The notes: a model not told the origin generated them from the letters alone. 64,000 bases of DNA from Christensenella sp. UBA1242 (GCA_002308915.1 DBWI01000024.1:2004-66003), one strand, 5' to 3'; shown: positions 28,848-37,659, counted from the stretch's first letter. Program-made: numbers and translations.

Positions 28848-28868
28848 GTTTTTTCAAATTATAAAATT

Positions 28869-29663
28869 TTATTCTTGAAGAAGTTTTGTTAACAATATTT
28901 TTATTCTTTTGCATGCCTTGCTTGCATTTTCAAGAACTTCTTCATGATTAAGTTTATTCATTGAATCATTCTCTTCAAATGTATTAACAATAACAGCAAT
29001 ACCACATACTCTCATTTGCAAGTATTTGCTTATAATACAATCATATGATGTACTCATTGAAATACTATCAGCACCTAACTTTCTGGCAACATAAATTTCA
29101 GAAAGTGTTTCATATGATGGACCTGCAAATTGAAAATGCACACCTTCTTTAATATCAATTTTTTCTTCTTTTGCTATTTCCTTTAATCTTTTTATTACTT
29201 CAATGTCATAAGCATGTGCCATTGGAACAAACACGATTGGATTGATTCCAACAAGTGGATTATATCCAGAAAGATTTATATGGTCATTTATTACCATAAT
29301 ATCTCCAACAGCAAATGAAGTATTAACTCCACCAGATGATGTTAATAGAACAATGTCTTTACATCCTAATTTGGCAATAATTTCAAAAGGTAATCTAACT
29401 TTTGACATATCCCCACTTTCATAAAAATGAAGACGAGATACAAGTACTCCCATTCTGTCACCAAACTTGCCAAAAACAAACTTTCCACTATGCCCTTTTA
29501 CTTTAGATTTTGGCATACCGAGTTTGTCATAAGGTATTGTTACTGTATCAGTCAAATCAACTGCAGCTTCCATAAGTCCACTGCCAATAACAATAGCAAA
29601 ATCAACCTTATTTATATTATATTTTTTATTAATCTTATTTACGATTTTTTCTACTGATATCAT
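28869..29663 (-). CDS. punA: purine nucleoside phosphorylase (PunA type)
   Basis: VIGSGL, GHSGKFVFG and FAGPSYETLSE motifs of trimeric PNPs. Start set to ATG 29663, preceded by AGGAG. Confidence 0.88.
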   Translation of the reverse strand: MISVEKIVNKINKKYNINKVDFAIVIGSGLMEAAVDLTDTVTIPYDKLGMPKSKVKGHSGKFVFGKFGDRMGVLVSRLHFYESGDMSKVRLPFEIIAKLGCKDIVLLTSSGGVNTSFAVGDIMVINDHINLSGYNPLVGINPIVFVPMAHAYDIEVIKRLKEIAKEEKIDIKEGVHFQFAGPSYETLSEIYVARKLGADSISMSTSYDCIISKYLQMRVCGIAVIVNTFEENDSMNKLNHEEVLENASKACKRIKILLTKLLQE

Positions 29664-29713
29664 ATTAACTCCTATTCGCAAATAAGTTTATCAATTAGTA
29701 TGTTTAATGTCAA

Positions 29714-30337
29714 TTAAATTACCAATATTACACTACTTCTAAAAAGGAATAACAACAATGTTTCAAGCAAATTAATAGCAGTAAGTACAATACTTGAAAT
29801 TATAAATGTTAAAACAACCGTCTTTGTGTTCTTATTTTTAAAACACTTGTCATTATTTATTAATTTTGATACAAATGAAAAATACAATATCATAACAATT
29901 AACATTAGCAATTGACAAGGAAGAATTATTAATATTCCTTTTATTATTCCATTAAAACTAAATAACAAAACAATCATTACACAATTAATTGATACCAAAA
30001 ACGATCTGTATGCAATTAAACACCAACCAAATAAGTATAGAAAAGGATTTAGTGCAAAAACAAATAACAGTGCCAAAACCAATTCATAACTTAGCAAACG
30101 GCTAAAAAAGTTAGATGAAAAATTTTCTAAGTCTGATAACTGATATGTTAAATTAAAACTTTCAAATATTTCTATATCACCAGAGTTAAAAATCTTTATT
30201 GCCGTAAATACTCCAGTCAATATTCCAATAAGAAAAAATATCAAACTAACAAAAATCTTAATTTTATTATTTGAGAAAAATTCAATAAATGAATATTTAA
30301 AAGAATATAAGTTTCTTGAAATCTTGTTATATTTCAT
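29714..30337 (-). CDS. spoIIM: stage II sporulation protein M-like membrane protein
   Basis: 207-aa polytopic protein. Its topology and the ILPCQLLMLIVMILYF segment resemble SpoIIM (VLPQNLLLIPAY...). The neighbourhood is compatible. Confidence 0.55.
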   Translation of the reverse strand: MKYNKISRNLYSFKYSFIEFFSNNKIKIFVSLIFFLIGILTGVFTAIKIFNSGDIEIFESFNLTYQLSDLENFSSNFFSRLLSYELVLALLFVFALNPFLYLFGWCLIAYRSFLVSINCVMIVLLFSFNGIIKGILIILPCQLLMLIVMILYFSFVSKLINNDKCFKNKNTKTVVLTFIISSIVLTAINLLETLLLFLFRSSVILVI

Positions 30338-30374
30338 ATTATATGTCTATTCACTAACATAATAATTATGAAAA

Positions 30375-31589
30375 CTACACAACTTCATCCATCATCCAAT
30401 CTGAATAAACCCCATATCCTTTTGTTGAGTCATATAAAAATACATGTGTTACTGCCCCAATTAATTTTCCATCTTGTATTATTGGTGAACCACTCATACC
30501 TTGAACTATTCCGCCTGTTAATTCTAATAACCTTTTATCTTTTACTCTAAACACAAATCCCTTGTTATTAACTTTATTTTGATTATATGTTTTTATTATT
30601 TCTATATCATATTCTTCTCTTACTCCACTTACACTACTTATTAGCTTTGCTTTACCTGGTTTTACCAACAGTCTTGAAGCTACAACACAATCCATATTGG
30701 GGTCTATGATATCACTTACATCTGTCACCATACCAAAAACTCCACATTCAGTATTTTTACTTATATTACCTTTGTCCATTGAGCCATCAACAAACAAACA
30801 TCTTAATTCACCTGCTTTTCCAGCTACACCCTTTGTAATTCCAAGCATTGTGCATGAATATATTTTTCCATCTTTTACAGGTATCACCGAACCAGTTTCG
30901 TAATCAGAAACAGCATGCCCAAGTGCTCCAAATTTATTGTCTTGTGTAACAAAAGTTAAAGTACCAATGCCTTGTGCATCATTTTTTATCCAAACACCAA
31001 GTTTATATTCATTACTTTGATTATCAAAAATTGGTACAATATCACAGTTTATTTCTTTGCCATTACGATTATATGTGATGTTTACTTTTTCTCCATTACA
31101 ATCTTTTAATTGACTTTTTATATCGTCAATATTATAAATTGCCATGCCATTAATTTGTGTCAATATATCACCAGATTGAAGTTCGTTGTTTATGTCATGG
31201 GTTGAGTTTGTTAATACTCTGCCATTGCCAACAATCAACACTCCATTAGTATTTATACTAAAACCTAGTGGTATACCACCAATATAAACATTCTTTTCAT
31301 CACAAACAACAACACTAACTTTTTTAATTGGTATAAAGCCAAATAGTTTTATTACCATTGAAGTTTTTTTCTCTTTAACTCCACCTGTGGTCCAAATATC
31401 TTCCGTTAACTTTGTATCTACAAATTCACCTAATATATGTTCTGCATTAAGTTGTTCTAAAGTTTCTAATGTTACAGAAACATTATTTGGTATCTCAAAT
31501 ATATCAGAAAAATTAACATTTTTTACAACTATAACAAAGCATACAGATAAAATCACACCTAATGTTTTAATAAAAAACTTTTTAAGCAT
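30375..31589 (-). CDS. spoIVB: SpoIVB signalling serine peptidase (S55) with PDZ domain
   Basis: GIGTLTFV...FGALGH (His), D, and GMSGSPIIQDGKLIGAVTHVF (Ser) catalytic motifs. A PDZ-like segment is present. Lies downstream of recN as in Bacillus and Clostridium. Confidence 0.92.
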   Translation of the reverse strand: MLKKFFIKTLGVILSVCFVIVVKNVNFSDIFEIPNNVSVTLETLEQLNAEHILGEFVDTKLTEDIWTTGGVKEKKTSMVIKLFGFIPIKKVSVVVCDEKNVYIGGIPLGFSINTNGVLIVGNGRVLTNSTHDINNELQSGDILTQINGMAIYNIDDIKSQLKDCNGEKVNITYNRNGKEINCDIVPIFDNQSNEYKLGVWIKNDAQGIGTLTFVTQDNKFGALGHAVSDYETGSVIPVKDGKIYSCTMLGITKGVAGKAGELRCLFVDGSMDKGNISKNTECGVFGMVTDVSDIIDPNMDCVVASRLLVKPGKAKLISSVSGVREEYDIEIIKTYNQNKVNNKGFVFRVKDKRLLELTGGIVQGMSGSPIIQDGKLIGAVTHVFLYDSTKGYGVYSDWMMDEVV

Positions 31590-31634
31590 AAAAAAACCAC
31601 CTTATATTTATAAGGTAGTTTGAAACATTTTTAT

Positions 31635-33317
31635 TTAATTATTCAAATTTAATTTAAAAGCTTTAGCTTGAGCAAGCAACTCTTTTGCATGAGTAATAGC
31701 AGCTTCACTTTGATAGCTTCCAAATAGTGATGCCAAATACTCAATTAGATCTTCTTCATTAAGTACCTTTGACGAACTAACAGTAATATTATTGATTACG
31801 CTTTTGCTCATCAATAAACATCTATCTGCCAAAGCAGTAACTTGTGGTAAGTGTGTTATACAAATAACTTGCGTATTCTTTGATAATAAGTATAGTTTTT
31901 GTCCAACCTTATAACCAATTTCACCACTAACACCTGAATCAATTTCATCAAATATCAATGTACCTTCTTCTTTGCTGCAAAGCACATTTTTTAGAGCAAG
32001 CATAAATCTACTCATTTCTCCACCAGAAATAATCTTTGATAAACTCTTTTGTTGTTCACCAGCATTTGCTGATAACAAAAATTCAATTTGATCAATTCCA
32101 TTTGTTGTAAAAGAACAATTATCAATATTATCAACAGGCTTAAAATCTATTCCAACTGAAGTATTATTCATGCCCAGTTCTTTTAATTGTTGCTCAATCT
32201 TTGATACAATCTCTCGTCCATTTTTAACTCTGATATTATGTAATTCCAAACTTACATCATATAACTTCTTTGCGAGTAAACTTTTTTCTTTTTCTAGTTT
32301 TACAAGATTTGCTTCACTATTCAATAATTCATCATACTTAACTTTTGCATCATCACAGAATTTTAATACATCATCAATAGATGAACCATATTTCTTTTTA
32401 AGCAATTTAATATTATCTAATCTTGAAACCATTTCATCAAGTTCTGCCTCTGAATAGCTTATATTAGAAACATATTCATTAATACTTGATGTAATATCTT
32501 CTAAATCAATTTCAACACTTTTTAATCTAGAGTAAATATCATCTAACTTGCTATCATAGTTTTTTGCATTATCTAAAAATGAAATAGCAGCACCCACATT
32601 GTCTTGAGAAAGAAGGTTATAGCTTTGTTTAAGATTATTGGAAATCTTTTCAAAATTAGACATAATTCTAATCTGGTTTTCTAACTCTTCATCTTCACCT
32701 ATTCTCAAATTTGAATTTTGAATTTCATCAATTTGATATTTGAGCAAGTCCAATACTCTTTCTCGATTTTCACCTTGTCCACCAAGATCATCAATCTTAT
32801 CATTGATTGCTTTATATTCTACAAGCAATTCTTTTATCTTAGCCTTATACTCATCAATTCTAACAGAATCATAAGCATCTAGCATTGCAAGGTGGTTCTT
32901 TGAATTGAGTACCATTATGCTTTCATTTTGACCAAAAATATCATAAAGCAAAATTCCAACTTGTCTAAGCATTGAAACTGTAACTGGCTCACCATTTATT
33001 ACACAAGATGATTTTCCATCAACATTAAAAGTTCTTGAAACAACCAACAAGTCATCATCAGCATCAATTTGAAATGCTTTTAATTTGTCTACAACTTCAG
33101 ATGACAAATTTGTAAATGTTGCCTTAACAAGAGTTTCGTTTTGTCCATGCCTTATCATTTCCCTATTTGGCTTTTCACCAAGCACAAAAGAAATGGCGTC
33201 AAGGACTATACTCTTTCCAGCCCCAGAAGCCCCTATCAAAACATTAAAGCCTAAATCAAATTTTAGGCTTGTGTTTTCTATTATTGCAAAATTTTTTATT
33301 AAAAGTGTATCTAACAT
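31635..33317 (-). CDS. recN: DNA repair protein RecN
   Basis: 560 aa with N-terminal Walker A GASGAGKSIVLDAI, a long coiled coil, and C-terminal ISGGEMSRFMLAL / LIFDEIDSGVSG. Confidence 0.95.
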   Translation of the reverse strand: MLDTLLIKNFAIIENTSLKFDLGFNVLIGASGAGKSIVLDAISFVLGEKPNREMIRHGQNETLVKATFTNLSSEVVDKLKAFQIDADDDLLVVSRTFNVDGKSSCVINGEPVTVSMLRQVGILLYDIFGQNESIMVLNSKNHLAMLDAYDSVRIDEYKAKIKELLVEYKAINDKIDDLGGQGENRERVLDLLKYQIDEIQNSNLRIGEDEELENQIRIMSNFEKISNNLKQSYNLLSQDNVGAAISFLDNAKNYDSKLDDIYSRLKSVEIDLEDITSSINEYVSNISYSEAELDEMVSRLDNIKLLKKKYGSSIDDVLKFCDDAKVKYDELLNSEANLVKLEKEKSLLAKKLYDVSLELHNIRVKNGREIVSKIEQQLKELGMNNTSVGIDFKPVDNIDNCSFTTNGIDQIEFLLSANAGEQQKSLSKIISGGEMSRFMLALKNVLCSKEEGTLIFDEIDSGVSGEIGYKVGQKLYLLSKNTQVICITHLPQVTALADRCLLMSKSVINNITVSSSKVLNEEDLIEYLASLFGSYQSEAAITHAKELLAQAKAFKLNLNN

Positions 33318-33770
33318 TTATCTTAACAATTGCTCCAAAGTTTGAGTTGCTTTTACAGCTTCGTCTGAAGTAGGTAATATAATCATAACGGTATCATCTC
33401 CATAAACGGAACCCATAACACCATCAACATTAAGTTTATCTATCATAGCACAAATACCACAAGCCAATCCTCTTACTGTTTTTATTACACACAGATTGTT
33501 TGCTGATTTAACAGAAATAACAGTATCCTTAAAAATAGATAGGTTCTTGTTTGAAACTTGTTGTTCACCACCATCCATTAAAGCATACTTATATTTACCA
33601 TCTCCGGTTTGTAATTTGATAAGACCTAGTTCTTTAATATCTCTAGAAATTGTTGCTTGTGTGATGTCAAAATTTGCTGCTTTTAGGTAAGCAACAAGTT
33701 CGTCTTGTGAACCAATTTCCTTAGTTGAGATGAGTTCTAGTATCTTTGATTGTCTTGATGACCTAGCCAT
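33318..33770 (-). CDS. argR: arginine repressor
   Basis: SRQSKILELISTKEIGSQDELV wHTH and the C-terminal oligomerisation core GDDTVMII. Start set to ATG 33770, preceded by GGAGAAG. Confidence 0.9.
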   Translation of the reverse strand: MARSSRQSKILELISTKEIGSQDELVAYLKAANFDITQATISRDIKELGLIKLQTGDGKYKYALMDGGEQQVSNKNLSIFKDTVISVKSANNLCVIKTVRGLACGICAMIDKLNVDGVMGSVYGDDTVMIILPTSDEAVKATQTLEQLLR

Positions 33771-33825
33771 TTTACTTCTCCTTTGCATAGCCTAATTCCC
33801 TTATAAATAAAGGGGATTAGCGTGT

Positions 33826-33985
33826 TTTGAATATTTATACATTCATAATTATTCAACCACTTTGGAATTATTATACAATATAATTTATAATTATGCAAGC
33901 ACTTTTTGCATAAATATTCACAGCAATTTTTATGATTATAAACAATACTGAAAAATTATAAATCGCCTATTCATAAATATTCACA
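33826..33985. promoter_or_regulatory. cluster of ARG-box-like motifs upstream of argR
   Basis: TGAATATTTATACA (33828-33841) and the adjacent TTCATAATTATTCA (33842-33855). TGCATAAATATTCA (33907-33920) and TTCATAAATATTCA (33970-33983). All approximate TGAAT-W4-ATTCA. Confidence 0.45.
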
Positions 33986-34007
33986 AAATTTATAACACAA
34001 AATTAAC

Positions 34008-34034
34008 AAAAAAAAGACAGGTTTATACCCTGTC
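34008..34034 (-). terminator. intrinsic terminator ending the ncRNA-oapA unit
   Basis: Minus strand: GACAGG-GTATAAA-CCTGTC (the stem overlaps the TAA stop) followed by TTTTTTTT. Confidence 0.8.
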
Positions 34035-34712
34035 CTTATTATTACCCTCACCTGGTTCCATGTTATCATTAGCCAAGTTTTCTTGTCCTAATTCATCTGA
34101 GTTTACATTCTCAATTTGTGAATGCTTTTTGGGTTTGTTTTTGTTTTGTGGAGTAAACCAACTCATCACCTTACCTACTCTTAGAAGTATCTTGTCACAA
34201 TTATCAATAGCATATTTTTTACAAATTGATTTTCCAAAAATTGTAAGACTTGCAACTAGTGCACTAACCAAAGAAGCAACTATTATACTTAAAGCTGAAT
34301 TTGACTGAATGGCTATTTTTATAACAATACTCGCTCCAGCCGAACCAGAAAGAATTCCACAAACATCTCCTATAACATCTGCCGATATTGAAGAAACTTT
34401 GTCTGCGTTGTTGATTAGTCTTATTGCTTCTTTTGCTCCCCTAACCTTTCTTGCAGCCATAGCCCTAAACGGTTCAACATTGGCAGCAGTTGTAGCAACA
34501 CCTATCATATCTGTTATAATTGCTATTGACATAAACACTAAAATTATTATTACCGCTATAACAACTCCTGTCCCCGACAGGAATACTTCACTAAGAATAG
34601 CAAAGCACATAGACAATGCAAATGACAATAACAAAATTTTTAGTGACCATCTAATTTGGCTTGAACTTTGCTTTTTTACTTTTTGCTTATTCGGGTTTGG
34701 TTTCTCTTTCAT
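34023..34712 (-). CDS. oapA: small multi-pass membrane protein, probable OLE-associated protein A
   Basis: 229 aa with about four hydrophobic helices around a conserved-looking core (ITDMIGVATTAANVEPFRAMAARKVRGAKEAIRLI...ADVIGDVCGILSGSAG). Lies immediately downstream of the large structured RNA in the xseB...argR interval where oapA is known to sit. Confidence 0.6.
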   Translation of the reverse strand: MKEKPNPNKQKVKKQSSSQIRWSLKILLLSFALSMCFAILSEVFLSGTGVVIAVIIILVFMSIAIITDMIGVATTAANVEPFRAMAARKVRGAKEAIRLINNADKVSSISADVIGDVCGILSGSAGASIVIKIAIQSNSALSIIVASLVSALVASLTIFGKSICKKYAIDNCDKILLRVGKVMSWFTPQNKNKPKKHSQIENVNSDELGQENLANDNMEPGEGNNKDRV

Positions 34713-34759
34713 ATTATTCCTTTTTATATATAGTATATATTGATTTCATAAATAAAAAA

Positions 34760-35334
34760 ATGAAGGCAACACCTTGAGTAAACCTTGCGACATAGGTTCG
34801 GTAGGATTTCCCCAGTTTTTAACACCCACCGTCACCGTGTGGGCAGTTTCCTTTTAAGTAAAAACATACACCGAATCGCCACTTAGATCACACTATAATC
34901 CCCAAAGTGTCAAACTCTCGTCAACAGTCTAGAAGTTTTCCTTGACAGTTTACTATGCTCTTAGCTTTTTTTGCAGATCTGATTTCATACACAAAGAAAT
35001 ATTCAAAATAGGCCTTTATTTTAAATTTTCCCTTTACCGCGTAATTCCTACAACCCCACTCAAAGCAGGCTACTCTGCACACAGCCGTTTTTTTTTAACC
35101 GCAATGCAGGTTTTTAATCCAACCAGTACAAAATGTATTTGCACCGAATTGGGTCTCCACGATAATTGGGACGGAAGTTATATGCCGTTATAACGCGCCC
35201 AAAAATCTTAACTTCCAGCACACACCCCAGTTTGGGCAACCAAAGCATGCACCAGAAACTTCACAGTTGTGCCCTTCGTTGCTTATTTATCAACTTCCAA
35301 GCAAAATAAACTGACTAGAATACTGCGCCTTCAT
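34760..35334 (-). ncRNA. large structured non-coding RNA, probable OLE (ornate, large, extremophilic) RNA
   Basis: The 661-nt gap has no credible ORF and shows GC-rich islands in an AT-rich genome. A terminal helix AUGAAGGC (35334-35327) / GCCUUCAU (34767-34760) encloses ~575 nt. Internal helices are GGAAGUUA (35216-35209) / UAACUUCC (35180-35173) and CCCAC/GUGGG (34843-34825). Synteny is xseB - RNA - 4-TM protein - argR - recN. RNase P and tmRNA signature motifs are lacking. Confidence 0.6.
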
Positions 35335-35338
35335 AATT

Positions 35339-35367
35339 ATCTTAACACAAAACAAAACATAATACAA
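35339..35367 (-). promoter_or_regulatory. candidate extended -10 promoter for the ncRNA-oapA unit
   Basis: Minus strand: TTGTAT (35367-35362), 17 nt, TGt-TAAGAT (35347-35339). The predicted TSS coincides with the 5' arm of the terminal helix. Confidence 0.45.
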
Positions 35368-35373
35368 GTAGTT

Positions 35374-35580
35374 TTATTTCATATCTTTCTCAACAAGAGC
35401 ATCCAATTCTTTTGTCAATTCAACAATCTTACCTTTTTTCTCATCTAAGCATTTGGCACACTGTATAGCAAGATTTTTCCCTTCTTCAAAAAGAACGCTT
35501 GCCTCATCAAGTCCACATTCTCCACTTTCTATTTTGTTTACTATCTCTTCAATTCTAGACATATCCTTTTCAAAACTCAT
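35374..35580 (-). CDS. xseB: exodeoxyribonuclease VII small subunit
   Basis: 68-aa helical protein (FEKDMSRIEEIVNKIESGECGLDEASVLFEEG). Directly follows xseA. Confidence 0.92.
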   Translation of the reverse strand: MSFEKDMSRIEEIVNKIESGECGLDEASVLFEEGKNLAIQCAKCLDEKKGKIVELTKELDALVEKDMK

Positions 35581-36771
35581 CTACTTTTTCTCCCTAATAT
35601 TATTTATTTTGGCATCAATTTCACCATCTCTCATTTTTACCACAACTTCATCACCAATTTTAAGTTTAGATATATTAGAAATAACTTCATTATTCTTAAA
35701 TAAAGTTGCATACCCTAACCTAAGAACATCCGACGGATTCATCTTTAATAATTTTGAATTGATAACTTCAAGATTATTTTCTGCCATCAAAACTTTTTGC
35801 ATGATTAAAAATTTTAACTTTGAACACAAGGCAACTATCTTCTTTTCATAGTCTACGCTTTTTGTGCTATAGTTATTAATCAACTCATTAACAAGACTAA
35901 AGTATTCTTGATGCTTATCTAAATAAATTGCGTTAATTGATTTTTTTAACCTTGCTATTAATTCAAAAAGATTCTTTGCTTTTAGCTGAAAATCATCACA
36001 CACCAACTCTGCTGCTGCACTTGGTGTTGGTGCTCTCATATCACTACAATAATCACAAATAGAAAAATCTGTTTCATGTCCAACTGCAGATACTATAAAT
36101 TTCTTCGCATTATGCACAGCATCAGCAACCACTCTTGTATTAAAAGGTGCCAAGTCTTCAAAAGAGCCACCACCTCTAGCAACTATTATCAAATCAACAT
36201 CATAATTATCTAAAGTCTCTATACCATTCGCTATTTCGTATTCAGCATTTACTCCTTGTACTTTTACTGGGAACAAAACAATATCGATTTGCGGATTACG
36301 TCTTGTACGAACATTTATTATATCTTGTATGACCGCGCCTTCTTTACTCGTAACAACTCCAATTCTTTTTATATCTTTTGGCATCTGCTTTTTTATTGCT
36401 GAATCAAAATATCCCTTCTTCTCTAACTCACCCAATAGCTCGAGAAATTTTTGATACAACTCGCCTTGTCCATATTTTTCAATTTTTGAAACATTAAAAT
36501 TTAGTTTGCCACCCTTGATATAATATCTTGGTGTTCCTGTTAACAAAACTTTATCACCATTGTTATAACTAAAGTTACTAGCATCAAAACAAACGCAAGA
36601 CATCATTGCGTTTTCATCTTTAAGAGTAAAATAAGCGACACCTCTAACTAATGATAAGCCAGAAATTTCGCCAATAACACATACATTAAAAAGCATCTCT
36701 TCAGCATCAAATATCTGCTTAAAATAAGTTGATATCTGTGTAACGGTTAATGCTTTTATTCCATTATCCAC
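35581..36771 (-). CDS. xseA: exodeoxyribonuclease VII large subunit
   Basis: 396 aa with an N-terminal OB fold (VIGEISGLS...), GVVTSKEGAVIQDI, and a catalytic-core ARGGGS motif. Confidence 0.93.
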   Translation of the reverse strand: MDNGIKALTVTQISTYFKQIFDAEEMLFNVCVIGEISGLSLVRGVAYFTLKDENAMMSCVCFDASNFSYNNGDKVLLTGTPRYYIKGGKLNFNVSKIEKYGQGELYQKFLELLGELEKKGYFDSAIKKQMPKDIKRIGVVTSKEGAVIQDIINVRTRRNPQIDIVLFPVKVQGVNAEYEIANGIETLDNYDVDLIIVARGGGSFEDLAPFNTRVVADAVHNAKKFIVSAVGHETDFSICDYCSDMRAPTPSAAAELVCDDFQLKAKNLFELIARLKKSINAIYLDKHQEYFSLVNELINNYSTKSVDYEKKIVALCSKLKFLIMQKVLMAENNLEVINSKLLKMNPSDVLRLGYATLFKNNEVISNISKLKIGDEVVVKMRDGEIDAKINNIREKK

Positions 36772-37166
36772 TATTTGTTTGCCTCGCTAATACTTTTAAG
36801 AATGCCATTAACAAAAGAATAACTTTTTTCTGTGCCATACTTTTTTGCCAATTCGACAGCTTCATTTATTACAATACCAAGAGCCGTCTTTTTGTAAAAT
36901 AAAAGCTCAGTTACAGCAACTGAAATAATTGCTCTATCTATTCTATATATTCTGTCTAATGAATAATCTCTTAAATTTTCACTAATAATTTCATCAATTT
37001 TAATTTTGTTTTCAAAATATAAGAACACAAGAGTTTCAGCAAAATTTTTATCATCTTCTTTTGTCAAATTTTCTAAATCAAAAAAACTCTGCAAATCATC
37101 TTGATTTTCAGTAAACATACTTTCATATACTTTTTTAAATGCTACTTCTCTTGCTAATGCTCTCAT
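36771..37166 (-). CDS. nusB: transcription antitermination factor NusB
   Basis: MRALAREVAFKKVYE N-terminus and a DRIDRAIISVAVTEL-type helix. Start set to ATG 37166. Confidence 0.9.
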   Translation of the reverse strand: MRALAREVAFKKVYESMFTENQDDLQSFFDLENLTKEDDKNFAETLVFLYFENKIKIDEIISENLRDYSLDRIYRIDRAIISVAVTELLFYKKTALGIVINEAVELAKKYGTEKSYSFVNGILKSISEANK

Positions 37167-37212
37167 ATATCTTCCCCTAAAACAAAAAATCCACATATAA
37201 GTGGATTAGCTG

Positions 37213-37581
37213 TTATTCTTCTGTCTTAAAATCAACGCCAACAATATGCACATTTATCTTGCCTACTCTCATTTCTACCATAGATACAATATTGTTTTTG
37301 ATATTCTCTTGTACTTTAAACGCCACATCTGGAACTTTGTTTCCACTATATATTCTTATAAACACATCAATAACAAGTTGACCATTTGAGGCAACTTTTA
37401 ACTTTACACCAGTTGAATCTGCTCTTGTAAAAAATTTTTTAAATTTCATTGCAAAACTATCTTGCATTCTAGAAACACCATTAATCTCTTTAGTTGCTAA
37501 TGATATTATTGAAAGTAAAATATTTCTATCACAAGTTATCTTGCCTTTATTATCTTGCAATTCGTTGTATAATTCTGCCAC
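37213..37581 (-). CDS. Asp23/Gls24-family envelope stress protein (YqhY-like)
   Basis: Asp23 signature (ISLATKEINGV ... VNVHIVGV). Position between spoIIIAH and nusB matches Bacillus yqhY. Confidence 0.85.
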   Translation of the reverse strand: MAELYNELQDNKGKITCDRNILLSIISLATKEINGVSRMQDSFAMKFKKFFTRADSTGVKLKVASNGQLVIDVFIRIYSGNKVPDVAFKVQENIKNNIVSMVEMRVGKINVHIVGVDFKTEE

Positions 37582-37659
37582 AACATCCTCACTTTGTACT
37601 CTTAATATTAGGTTATCCCTTACACAATATAATATAACACAAAATTTTCCTTATTGCAA

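Noticed and set aside
34309-34743. A 144-aa plus-strand ORF lies antisense to oapA. Similar long antisense ORFs occur at 2091-2513, 22289-22765, 5082-5540 and 7021-7458.
   Set aside because: These are mirror ORFs opposite strongly supported genes. They lack ribosome-binding sites and family motifs, as expected by chance in AT-rich, codon-biased DNA.
34942-35193. An 83-aa plus-strand ORF from the track lies inside the ncRNA region.
   Set aside because: It has no Shine-Dalgarno, it is antisense to the structured RNA, its composition is odd, and it has no recognisable motif. It is most likely a chance ORF in a GC-richer non-coding segment.
34713-35373. I considered RNase P RNA, tmRNA or a group II intron fragment as alternative identities for the large structured RNA.
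   Set aside because: On the minus strand there are no GAGGAAAGUCC / ACAGNNUGGCUUA-type RNase P P4 strands, no tRNA-like GGUUCGAAUCC...CCA end or tag ORF for tmRNA, and no domain V-like hairpin. The genomic context fits OLE instead.
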